Of a stretch of 64,000 nucleotides of DNA, positions 1 to 11,080 are shown piece after piece. Position numbers and translations under genes: made by a program. The stretch lies in NCBI GenBank assembly GCA_038087875.1, contig JAXLNO010000696.1, forward strand, positions 1-64,000, written 5' to 3'. The notes below the pieces were generated by a model, which was given only the letters and a program-made list of their open reading frames with translations, ran no database searches and was not told the origin of the DNA. The stretch comes from Malacoraja senta (Eukaryota). Numbering within the stretch: position 1 is the first letter of the stretch; each line of letters starts with the position of its first letter.

Positions 1-2
1 GG

Positions 3-62
3 TTTGATCCTGGCAACGAAGAATATCTCAGCGCTCTTCGTGAATTGCGCCCGTCTACTTAG
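3..62 (+). CDS. IFIT: 3' end of an IFIT5-like paralog (rest of gene lies left of the window)
   Basis: The frame from nt 3 reads FDPGNEEYLSALRELRPST*, nearly identical to the C-terminus FDRGNEEYLSALRELRPSA* of the minus-strand gene. The downstream flank is also homologous. Confidence 0.9.
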   Translation, partial: FDPGNEEYLSALRELRPST

Positions 63-505
63 GCTGGAGATACCAGGACCAGGAGGTAAGGGCGAGAAAG
101 GTCCTTCCTCAACCATTCCTCACTACAACATAGAACGTAACACAGTACAGCGCAGGAACAGGCCCTTCGGCCCACGGTGTCTATGCAGATGACGATGCCA
201 AGACCAAATTCTATCTGCCTCCATTCTCTGCATATCCATCGGCCCATCCAAAAGTCTCTCAATTTCCACAATCGTGCCTCAACCACCACTCACAGCAGCA
301 AGTTCCGGGCACACACAGCCCTCTGTGTAAAAAACATGCCCCGCACATCTCCTGTAGCTAATACCCTCTAGTCCAGGAACCCCCTCTGCACTCTTTCCAA
401 AGCCTCCACATCCGTACAGCAATGGGGCGCCCTGAACTACATGTGATACTCCAAATTAACTCCAAATAACCAAAGTCTGATAAAGCTGCATCACGACTCC
501 CTGAC

Positions 506-1415
506 TGATACAAAAGTTAGTGGTTTTGCAGATAGTGTAGATGGTTGTGAAAGATTGCAGCAGGATCAGGATCGATTGGCCAGGCGGGCGGAGGAATGGT
601 TGATGGAATTTAATACAGAGAAGTGTCAGGTGCTGCAATTTGGGACGTCGAACAAGGGCAGGACCTACACAGTAAATGGTAGGCCTCTGGGTAGTGTAGA
701 GCAGAGGGATCTCAGAGTACAAGTGCATGGTTCCTTGAAGGTCGAGTCGCAGGTAGATAAGGTGGTCAAAAAGGCTTTTGGCACTTTGGCCTTCATCAGT
801 CAGAGTATTGAGTATAGAAGTTGGGAGGTCATGTTGCAGTTATATAAGACGTTGGTGAGACCGCATTTAGAATATTGTGTTCAGTTCTGGGCACCAAGTT
901 ACAGGAAAGATATTGTCAAGCTTGAAAGGGTTCAGAAAACATTCACGAGGATGTTGCCAGGGCTAGAGGGTGTGAGCTATAGGGAGAGGTTGAGTAGGCT
1001 GGGTCTCTACTCCATGGAGCGCAGGAGGATGAGGAGAGATCTTATCGGGGTATACAAAATCATGAGAGGAATAGATTGGGTAGATGCACAGAGTCGTTTG
1101 CCCAGAGTAGGGGAATTGAGGAGCAGAGGACATAGGTTCAAGGTGAAGGGGAAAAGAGTTAATAGGAATCTGAGGGGTAACTTTTACCCACAAAGGGTGG
1201 TGGGTGTATGGAACAAGCTGCCAGAGGAATTAGTTGAGGCTGGGACTATCCCATCGTTTAAGAAACAGTTAGACAAATACATGGATAGGACAGGTTTGGA
1301 GGGATATGGACCAAGCGCAGGCAAATGGGACTAGTGTAGCTGGGACATTGTTGAGTGGTGTGGGTGACTTGGGCCGAAGGGCCTGTTCCCACACTGTATC
1401 ACTCTATGACTATGA
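506..1415 (+). mobile_element. 5'-truncated CR1/HER1-type LINE (RT C-terminus plus 3' UTR)
   Basis: ORF 555-1334 contains LYKTLVRPHLEYCVQFW...WNKLP, typical of CR1 ORF2. The tail is (ctatgact)-like. Absent from the paralogous block at about 16440. Confidence 0.9.
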
Positions 1416-2326
1416 CTTATACTCAATGCTTGGACCTATGAAGGCAAGCATAGTATACGGTGACAGACACAAATAGCTGAAGTAACTCAGCGGGTCAGGC
1501 ACCATCTCTGGAGAAAAGGATAAGGTGACATTTAGGTAAAGACCCTTCTTAAGACCCGAAACGTCACCTATTCCTTCCCTCCAGAGATGCTGCCTGATCC
1601 GCTGAGTCACCCCAGCTTTGTGTGTCTATCCTCGGTGTAAACCAGCATCTGAACTTTCCTTCCTCAGCTTACCGTACGCCTTCTTCACCACTCGATCTAA
1701 TTGTGCGGCCACTTTCAGGGCGTTGTGGAGTTGGATGCCATGATTATTACAGAGTCTGACCAAGCTTGTGTGCGGTGCCTTAATGGAGACACTTGAATTG
1801 ACATTTTGTTGATGATCTTTTGCAGGTTTGGTGCCCATTTCTCTGACTGATCTACAGTGATCCCATCTCTCAACAAACCTTCACATTCAACCAGAGGTGG
1901 ATCAGAGCTGCGTTGTGGAGGATGTGACCCCATTTCACGTGCGTCCGATGCGATGGTCAGAATAGAGGCACCGGCAGTGATTTCCCAGCCCGTTACTCAA
2001 TGGTCACTAATTCACCTGGACGTTAATTGTTGGTCCACTAAATTCTGGGGTAAAAGGATTAGGATTAAGTTTATTGTTGTCACGTGCACTAAGATACACT
2101 GAAAAGTTTTGTTTTGCTTGCTATCCAAACATCAGAGAATACTGTACATAAGTACAGCCGTTAAACTTAAGTACAATGGATAGAGCAAAGTGGAGATTAG
2201 TTCAGTTTAGTTCATGGTCACGTGTACTGTTAAAGGTTTAGGATTAAGGTTTATGTTCATTATTGTCACGTATACCGGGGGACAATGCAGAGCTTTGTGT
2301 TGCATGCTATCTAAATATATCAGAGG

Positions 2327-2750
2327 CTTAAGGTGAGGTGGGGGGGAGAGTTAATGAGAACCTGAGGGGTTAACGTTCTTACACCAAGTGTGGTGGGTGT
2401 ATGGAACGAGCTGCTGGAGGAGGTAGTTGAGGCAGGTACTATCGCAACGTTGAAGAAAGATTTAGACGGGTACATGGATAGGGTATGTTTAGAGGGATGT
2501 GGGCCAAACGCAGGTAGGTGGGGCTAGTTTAGATGGGGCGTGTTGTTCGGTTGGGCCGAAAGGCCTGTTTCCGCACAGTATGACCGCATGACTCTATAAA
2601 GCCCTTGTGGCTAAAGGCATCAGGGGGTATGGAGAGAAGGCAGGTACAGGATTCTGAGTTGGATGATCAGCCATGATCATATTGAATGGCGGTGCAGGCT
2701 CGAAGGGCCGAATGGCCTACTCCTGCTCCTATTTTCTATGTTTCTATAAT
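2327..2750 (+). mobile_element. Two CR1-type 3'-end fragments
   Basis: Similar to the 3' ends of the other CR1 copies (gggccgaa..ggcct stem, tttctatg tail). Confidence 0.75.
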
Positions 2751-3136
2751 ACTATACATAAATACAACTGTCAAACTCAAGTACAATAGATAGACTAAAG
2801 TGGAGATACAGAGTGCAAAACTATAAAAGAGGGAGTTAGAACTGATTTTTGTGTGAGAAGCACCATCGATGATGTGCAATCTGATTTAGTTTCTAGGATA
2901 TAATGCCGACAATTAAGTTTCAACTTTTTTGTTTCAAGCTTTATGAACATTGGGGCACGTTTCATGATCAATATTGTTTAACATACTGTAATATCAGAGT
3001 TTGTGCATTAAAGTAATTAATAAATCACTCATATAATGTGACAATTCTAGTGCATCATTACACGGCAACGGTGCAGTCTAAGTAGTTTTCTTGGTCCACA
3101 CTAAGGTGAACAGTATCAGCTCCAGGGCATTCAAGG

Positions 3137-3432
3137 GGTGGCACGGTGGCGCAGTGGTAGTGTTGCTGCCTTACAGCGCCAGAGACCCGGGTTCGATCCT
3201 GACTACGGGTGCTGACTGTATGGAGTTTGTACGTTCTCTCAGTGACCGCGTGGGTTTTCTCCGGGTGCTCCGGTTTCCTCCCACACTCCAAAGTCATACA
3301 GGGTTGTAGGTTAATTGGCTTCGGTATGATGTAAAATTGTCCCTAGTGTGTAGGATAGTGTTAGTGTGCTAGGGCTCGGTCGGCCGAAGGGTCTGTTTCC
3401 GCGCCGTTTCTCTAAAGTCTAAAATCTAAAAA
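3137..3432 (+). mobile_element. tRNA-derived HE1/V-SINE-type SINE
   Basis: A box tggcgcagtgg, B box ggttcgatcc, core ggagtttgtacgttctc...ccggtttcctcccacactccaaag, CR1-like 3' end and short tandem tail. Confidence 0.85.
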
Positions 3433-3953
3433 TTGCACTTCAGCCTTGAGCCGCTGTTAATAAAGTTTGCCCTTCTTCAATGGTTCTTTATTGTCACGTG
3501 TACCGAGGTACAGTGAAAACATTTTTTTTGCATACAGTTCAGCAAAGTATTAGTATATATATAAGGCCAATCCTGGATTAAGTACAAAGTGTACTGAAAT
3601 AGTCCACTGAGACCATTTACAAGAATCGCCAGGTTTTGGCGCCATTTTTCAAAGTCCCAATTGCTTTAAGAGCAGCAGGTCATAAAGGCCCGTTGATAGG
3701 AATGTGTAGAAAGGAACTGCAGATGCTGGTTTACACCAAAGGTAGGCGCAAAATACTGGAGTAACTCAGCGGGTTAGGTAGCACATCTGGAGAAAAATGA
3801 TGGCTGACGTTATAGGTCAGAATCCTGCTTCCGACAAAGTATAGTGGAGGGTACCGAAGGTAACTAAAGGCCAGAATAAAACGGGGTCGGCAACAGGTGA
3901 ACAAGGACGGGTAGGTAGATGGTTGGAGATAAAAGTGGAAGGTGTGAGACAGG

Positions 3954-4518
3954 GTTGAAGAGTTGCAATCCTGGATTAAGTGCAAAGTGTATAGAAGTAG
4001 TCCACCCAGACCATAAACAAGAGGTTTTGGCGGCGTTTTCAAAGTCCAAGTTGCTTTAGGTGCAGCTGGCCATTAAGGCCCGTTGTCCTGGCGACGTTGC
4101 AGGGTGGGCCTGGCCAAGGGAAGGTGTACGAGTCCTCCACCGCTGCTCCACCGCTCTGTGCCGCTGTTGGCCACCTCAGTTCCGTGCGCTACGTCTCCTG
4201 TAGCAAAGCTGCAATTTTCTTGTAGCTCTTCCCAATTTAGTTCACGGTCTTCCCTGCTCACACCTCCCCGTGATCAACGAAGACCAAAGCAGCAGCTCTA
4301 CTAGAAACATAGAAAAAAGTTGCAGGAGTAGATCATTCAGCCCTTCAAGCCAGCACCGCCATTCAATATGATCACGGCTGATCATCTAAAATTATTACTG
4401 CTTCCTCTCCATATCCCTTGATTCCGTTAGCCCTAAGAGCTAAATCTGACTCTCTTGAAAATATCCAGTAAATTGGCCTCCACTGCCTTCTGTGGCAGAG
4501 AATTCCATACAGATTCAC
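3954..4518 (+). repeat. Segmental duplication block B, left part (continues at 12836-13225)
   Basis: Direct match to 50057-50351 plus 55947-56230. 12836-13225 matches about 56288-56765. Confidence 0.85.
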
Positions 4519-7500
4519 AGCGGTATGAAATCACAGATAACACAATATTTGAAGTAACATATTAAGATGAGCAACATGAGAACTACCATATGACCTTTTT
4601 TATGAGAGAGGGTTGGGCGTGGCGGGCACGTAATCACCAACGTAACTCCTCATAAAATAAAGATCAAACTTCAAACTTGGTAAGTTCTCGTTTAATCTTA
4701 CTATTTTACTTCAGAGTCACGTTTGTGACTACGTGAAGGGTTCAAAGCTCTGTGATTTTATACCGCAGATCGAAATCCCGGCTTCTCACTGCATTGATTG
4801 ACTTTCAATGAGAAACAATCAATAATGCGTTAAACATGATATATGAATATCATGCAGTAACAATTGATTTGAATAATTAAAACAACCAGTAACCCCTCTA
4901 TCCCAGGGGAAACTAAACAGGACTTAATCCTGAATTTGCAAACAGCCTTTCTCTGATCGGCGATCGGCCGATGGTCAAATTTAAAAAAAAAATTTAAAAA
5001 AAATTCATTTGACCACCCGGCACCTATAAAAATATGGCCGCTGTGAACATCCATCGCCCTAGCCGACGACGTTGCTGCTGCACTAGAGGAAAAAAGGATA
5101 TATACACTTCAGTGTTAATACCTGCCTTAATCAACATTTGCTTTAAACCACCTTGAGATAGTCTGCTCTAACACTCTCCTGTGTGGCTTCATGTAACTGA
5201 TAAACAATGCTGTTTCCACATTTCTTAAGGTCTTTATAGCTTCAATATAATGAAAATAAATGTGCCATTACACATAAACATGGATCAGTAGGTTATGCTG
5301 AAACACAATTTTCACAAACCTGTGACACCTGGCCTGCTCTGCTTAAGCAGTACGCAATTATATAACATAACATTCTCTTCAGGAACTTCCATCCTGTCTA
5401 GCAGAAGTTTTTGCAAAATCTGCACTTGCTATGCTGAACCAATGACAAGAGCATAAACACTTTCATGATTAGTCTGGCAAATTCAGAGACATGACAGGAA
5501 CCTACTGTCAAAGAATCTTGAGGAACACACTTACATCCCAGATCGCCATATACCTGGGTTTAGGAAGTTTAGAGTTGAAATTCCTTTCATCAATCCAGCT
5601 ATGATATGATGAAACTCAATAGGATCTTTCCTGACCCCATCAAAACCATACGATGACAAAGCACTTAAAGCTGTATTAATGGTGCTATAACTGAGCCCCT
5701 CATCATCGTAGAGTGTCAACAGGAACTCTAAAATATCCACAATACCTGCAGTACTATAGTCAATATTATTTTGTACACAATATTGCTCCCATTTTTGTAC
5801 ATAAGTAATATACCCCTTTTGAGTACTCTTTCTCCAGGCTACAGTGAGCATGTCCACCGTTCACCCAGACAGTCCTTGCTTCAGGTATGGCCTTCTTAAA
5901 ACCTGCAAACTAACAAGTCAATACAATCACATAACAGATGACTTTCCCTTGTTAGCGGATGCTCCAGTCAATTCCTACGCTTGGGAACCACCAAAAAGAG
6001 GTTGGATCCCTAACTGTAACATCAAAGGGAACCATGCTTGATTCGGCCAATTAGGTATTACAAGCATCCCCAAAGCAGCATCCTGCTTGATTTCTTGCAG
6101 ACTCCGACCTATTAGGCAAAATGGTAGGAAAATATATAAAACATACCACCCCAATGTAACGTCAAAGTATCAATTGCAACTGCCACCTGGTCTGGTTTCC
6201 ATGAAACCTATTTAGGCTGATGATGGTTGAACCTTGATGCAAAACAAATCGATATCTGGCATTCATATACAAGTACTATATTATTGAACACCTCCTGGTT
6301 CAACATCCAATCTATGTTGTCATGGAACTTTCGTGACTTGGCGTCTGGTACTATGTAGAATCTACCTGGTAGATAAATAGCTGAAATATATTTTTCCATG
6401 CACCAGCCCAAATGTGATTAGCCAATCTGTCACATTAATGTATATGCCACTTGCGTATTATTGTCAATCTGAAACTGAACATGCAGATAATATTTGTTAG
6501 AGCTATAAGCCTCTTTATGGTTAATTGCCCATGTCTGCACAAACGATGCCTCTTGCTCAGTCCATCTGCCTCCACAGCTGAAACTCGTATCCGTGACACC
6601 TCACCCGAGTGCACTGACATTCATCTGCAAAATCATGGAAGGCTGGTCAAGCATTACCTTGCTATAACTTCTGGACACATGGTGAATCCACCATTGCAAA
6701 TCAGAAATAGCCTTTACTGATAACTGCATAGGTCTATTATAATGACCCGAATGTATCCTTAATGCCTCAATTAGCTTGATACGCCTGTCAATTAGCTCTA
6801 CCCTTTTTTCCCTGGGCAGAGTCAATTAATTGAATCAATTGTGACCCAAATAGTCAGGTGTTAATTTGGATTCCTCTAAATGGCTAATGCCCAATCTTTG
6901 AAAATTGGATTTAACAACTATCACCTGTTACTTTAGCTGTTCTCTTGGATACCCCTGTAATCAAGATATCATCGAGATAAGCCATGAACACCTGTACCCT
7001 GGCCTTTCAGCATGCGTATTATAGGTTTTAACAATTTTGTTGCCATAGTTGATCCATCCAGATGAATTTCAAATATCCTGCAAATAAACAGACATTGAGT
7101 AATGCGCATCTTTAAGCTCTAGAGTCGCCATATAGCATCCTCTTGCCCAGTTGCTTGGCAGTGACAATTCCATCTTACAATGTCTATACTACATCCCCCA
7201 TCCTTTTTTGGCCTGGGAAAATATTAGACACAAATTGATGGGTTGGTGAACAAACTTATAATTACACCTTTATCACATAAGCTTGCAAGCGCAATCTGAA
7301 CATCCATCTGTTCTGTTAATGAAAACTGAATAGTTCTACTAAGAACATGCTAAATGTGCAAATCACAATTTGGATTGAAATCCATTCGAAACCTTTGAAT
7401 AACACTCTGTATAAACAGAGCTAAGGTAATTTGCTTCCTTTCATCCCAGAAACAGATGTAATGTACCCCAGTTTAAGTTGTGTCACATTTGATATGTGCA

Positions 7501-7810
7501 CCTGAGAACCAGGCCCACCTACCTCCTTGGTACCTGGTGGATGTTTGACCATGTTCCCACTTTCTTTTGGAAACTTGCCGACTGTCGGTGGCTTGATCGA
7601 GCTCACCGTCTTTGCTCGCCGTCCATGTCCTTGACACTCTTGGCGAGGTCCTCTCCGAAGAGTAGGTTTGCTGGCTGTATGTTGCTAGGCTGGGAAAAAT
7701 ACTGCAATCTTGGAATTAATGGTGGGCCGAATGGCACTTTCCCTGAGACAATTTATCTAAAAAATGGGTGCTACAAAGCAACCCTAGTACCTCTTGCTGT
7801 GTCTCCGACA

Positions 7811-8684
7811 CATATAACCATATAACCATATAACCATATAACCATTACAGCACGGAAACAGGCCATCTCGGCCCTTCAAGTCCGTGCCGAACATTTAATT
7901 AAAAAAATAAAATTAAAAAAAATAAATACTTCCCCCTAGTCCCATCTACCTGCACTCAGACCATAACACTCCATTCCTTTCCCATCCATTTACCCATCCA
8001 ATCTATTTTTAAAGGATAAAATCGAACCAGCCTCCACCACTTCCACTGGAAGCTCATTCCACACAGCTACCACTCTCTGAGTAAAGAAGTTCCCCCTAAT
8101 GTTACCCCTAAACTTCTGTCCCTTAATTCTCAAGTCATGTCCCCTTGTTTGAATCTTCCCTACTCTCAATGGAAAAAGCTTATCCACGTCAACTCTGTCT
8201 CACCCGCTCATAATTTTAAAGACCTCTATCAAGTCCCCTCTTAACCTTCTGCGCTCCAAAGAATAAAGACCTAACTTGTTCAACCTTTCTCTGTAACTTA
8301 GTTGCTGAAACCCAGGCAACATTCTAGTAAATCTCCTCTGTACTCTCTCTATTTTGTTGACATCCTTCCTATAATTAGGCGACCAAAATTGTACTCCATA
8401 CTCCAGAATTGGCCTCACCAATGCCTTGTACAATTTTAACATTACATCCCAACTTCTATATTCAATGCTCTGATTTTTAAAGGTCAGCACCCCAAAAGCT
8501 TTCTTTACCACCCTATCTACATGAGATTCCACCTTCAGGGAACTATGCACAGTTATTCCTAGATCCCTCTGTTCAACTGCATTCCTCAATTCTCTACCAT
8601 TTACCATGTACGTCCTATTTTGATTTGTCCTGCCGAGATGTAGTACCTCACATTTATCAGCATTAAACTCCATCTGCCATCTTT
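7811..8684 (-). mobile_element. Young 5'-truncated CR1-type LINE inserted in the DIRS element
   Basis: ORFs 8200-8673 and 7990-8187 are almost identical to 45479-46243. The tail is (tatggtta)n. Confidence 0.92.
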
Positions 8685-8899
8685 CAGATGGAGTTTAATG
8701 CTGATAAATGTGAGGTACTACATGCCCTCCATCCACCGTTCTCGCGAACGCCGTGATTCCTGAGCCAAGTAATTTCAGGATTCTCTGCAGCTTCATTTCC
8801 TGGGCACTGCACGCCCACGCCCGTCTGGCTCCATATCACCCGGTACACTGCTGGCACCTTCAGCAACTCGCAGTTACCCCGTCTCTTGGTGATTCCAGA

Positions 8900-9230
8900 C
8901 TCTGACTGGACAGCGAATCCTACTGCCAGAGATGGGAACTCTAACAACGGCCGTCTTCGCTTTCCCAGTGGCATTCCATACTCTGACGGGACAGCGAATC
9001 GTGCTGCCAGAGAATGGACCTCTGACAACGGCCGTTCTTCGCTATTCAACAGTCTCCGTCAGAATCGGGTCAGAACTGAGTTGACCCTATCGTGGAGCCC
9101 AGCTCTTCTCCCAGTGGCACTCCATACTCTGACTGGACAGCGAATCGTGCTGCCAGAGAATGGACCTCTGACAACGGCCGTTCTTCGCTATTTCCAAGTC
9201 TCAGTCAGAGACGGGGTCAGACCTTAGCTG
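8900..9230. repeat. Imperfect tandem repeats in the DIRS 5'/gag region
   Basis: ctctgac(t)ggacagcgaatc..ctgccagaga..ctct(g)acaacggccgt recurs three times. Confidence 0.75.
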
Positions 9231-10650
9231 ACCCTCTGCACTCACCTCATGCATGAGGGTGCTTTAAGCAGCCCTCTACCAGGTGCTGCCGGCGTGGCCT
9301 TTCTGCAGCCTACCGCCCACACGACTCCTCCCCGGAGTGTGCATTTCTGGAGCAACCTCTGGATGAGGTGCTCCATTTGGGAGAACCGTTTAAAAAACGT
9401 CTCCAGCCCCATACAGGCTCGTTGTGGCCTGACTCAGTTGAGTCCAAGGGCCTCTCAGACTTCCCCGTGCCTTACGCCCGACAGGCGTTGGCTTTGGTGC
9501 TTTTTAGCACTCAGTCTGGAGTCGCCCCGCTCCCGGTCGGCGACTGGGCAGGGTACGAGGCAGCCGCTGACAGACCGCATTCCCGCGGCTCTCCTATGCT
9601 TTACCTGCGGCTGCCCTCCCCCTGGTCGTCTTCATCATGGTGCTGCCTGTAATAAAAAACACAGACACCACAAAATAAACTTTCACTCCAGCTAAGCTTC
9701 CCTCTTAGCTGGAGCTTTAAAACTATAAAAGTACTTTAAAAGTACTTACCACAGGAGGAGCTCTATCCTCCCCTGCTCGTCTTCACCATGGTGCTGCCTG
9801 TGACAAAACACAGAGCACAGCACCACAGTCAAGGAACTTATTTTACTCCAGCTAAATTTCTGACAAGTTTCAGACTTAGCTGGAGCTTTAAAACTCTTTA
9901 AAAATACCCTAAAAGTACTTACATCAGGAGGAGCTCTGTCCTCCCGCTGTCTGTGCGCCAATGCGACCGACGTAATGACGCGCATGCGCCCTGACGGGTC
10001 TTCTTCACGTAGTCACAAACGTGACTCCGAAGTAAAATTATAGTTTGCTGTTATAATGCAGGGATATCATGCATGATTCAGTTATAGTGTTCAGTTGGTA
10101 ATTTACATTAAAACCAATGTCATGGGGCAATGCCATGCCCAGAGCACATGGCCTGCAGAGAGGTACAATGACTGACACGTGGTTAGGATCAAGTATCAGC
10201 AAGTGTATATAAAAGCCCTGTGGAATTTGTGCAATAAACTTTGCTATTTCGGCTTAAGTACAATTTAAGCTGGAATATTATGTTATTTGATGGTGATTTA
10301 TCTTAAATAGGGATGGACTTTAATTTGATAAGCTTACAGAGACATCTCACTTCTTTAAGAAAAACTACGGAAAGCCGTATCAGACATCCTATAGTATGGA
10401 CATAATTGCAATATCAGTAGTGATGCAGTGAGTGTATGCTTAAAATATTAAACTCAATAATGTTGTTTATTGTCAGGCTCAATTTGTGCCATTATAGGAT
10501 GTTTTATTTGTGACATGGTCAGCAAATAGTTTGAAGATACTTGTTCTGTACTTTAGATTCATTACATTCAGTCTCGTGTTTAAAATTGTACGTATGAATT
10601 TTGGAACATTTCCAATATTTACTTACCTTATATCACAGATCAAGAAGATA

Positions 10651-11080
10651 GCAGTTGGCCCCCCAGGGTCATGACTGACTATGGGTGATGCATCCTAGTT
10701 TGCAGGTGATGTGTGGTCGGATGCAAGCCTGGGTGATGTCATATGGAGGACAGGCTGTTACCCATGCAGGACGCCCCCCCCTCTCCACGTCGCTGATCGA
10801 TCCAAAGGGACAGCAGGGCCGTTACAGTTTGGCGCCAGCGCCGTCGCAGGAGCTGCCAGAGCGAGGTTGTCGAGGCTCCGACTCCGGATTTTCTTGAAGT
10901 TATTCCTGGAGCCTTTTCCATGACTGGATATGGGCACAAGGCAGTGGAGGTTTTAAATCAGAGTTTTCCCTCTCCTAGATGGACTGCCTTCCCAGGCTGA
11001 CGAACCCCATCTGCCCGAGACTCATGGGGGCGGGAGCGTCTACCTTCCCGTGCAGGTCTATAGCACCTGCCCACTGCCCA
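10651..11080 (-). mobile_element. Short non-autonomous RTE-like retroelement
   Basis: Flanked by the 10-bp direct repeat caagaagata (10641-10650, 11081-11090). GC-rich inside AT-rich DNA. The minus strand has ggcagtccatctaggagagggaaaactctg, which I recall from RTE 5' UTRs. Confidence 0.6.

Larger units (their letters stand above)
1..3475 (+). repeat. Segmental duplication block A (IFIT end plus 3' flank)
   Basis: Reverse-complement match to about 14770-16942 (which lacks the CR1 at 506-1415) and to 58558-61382 (which has it). The repeated ORFs MIPSLNKP... at 1857, 15992 and 59987 mark the three copies. Confidence 0.9.
4519..10040 (-). mobile_element. Degenerate DIRS1-type tyrosine-recombinase retrotransposon
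   Basis: RT YLDD at 6968-6979 (minus). RNase H/methyltransferase-like remnant (CFASRFN) at 6208-6411. YR N-terminal domain (AWRKSTQKGY...GLSYSTINTALSALS) at 5531-5857. Terminus 10003-10037 is the inverse complement of internal 4704-4738 (34/35), and 4520-4537 of 4749-4766, which is the ICR architecture. Confidence 0.88.

Noticed and set aside
1715..2102. Short ORFs recurring three times (also at about 15750-16220 and 59740-60130)
   Set aside because: Recurrence is explained by segmental duplication; starts are mostly non-ATG and no domain is recognisable.
3137..3210. tRNA genes at SINE heads
   Set aside because: A/B boxes run into the SINE core and tail with no full cloverleaf.
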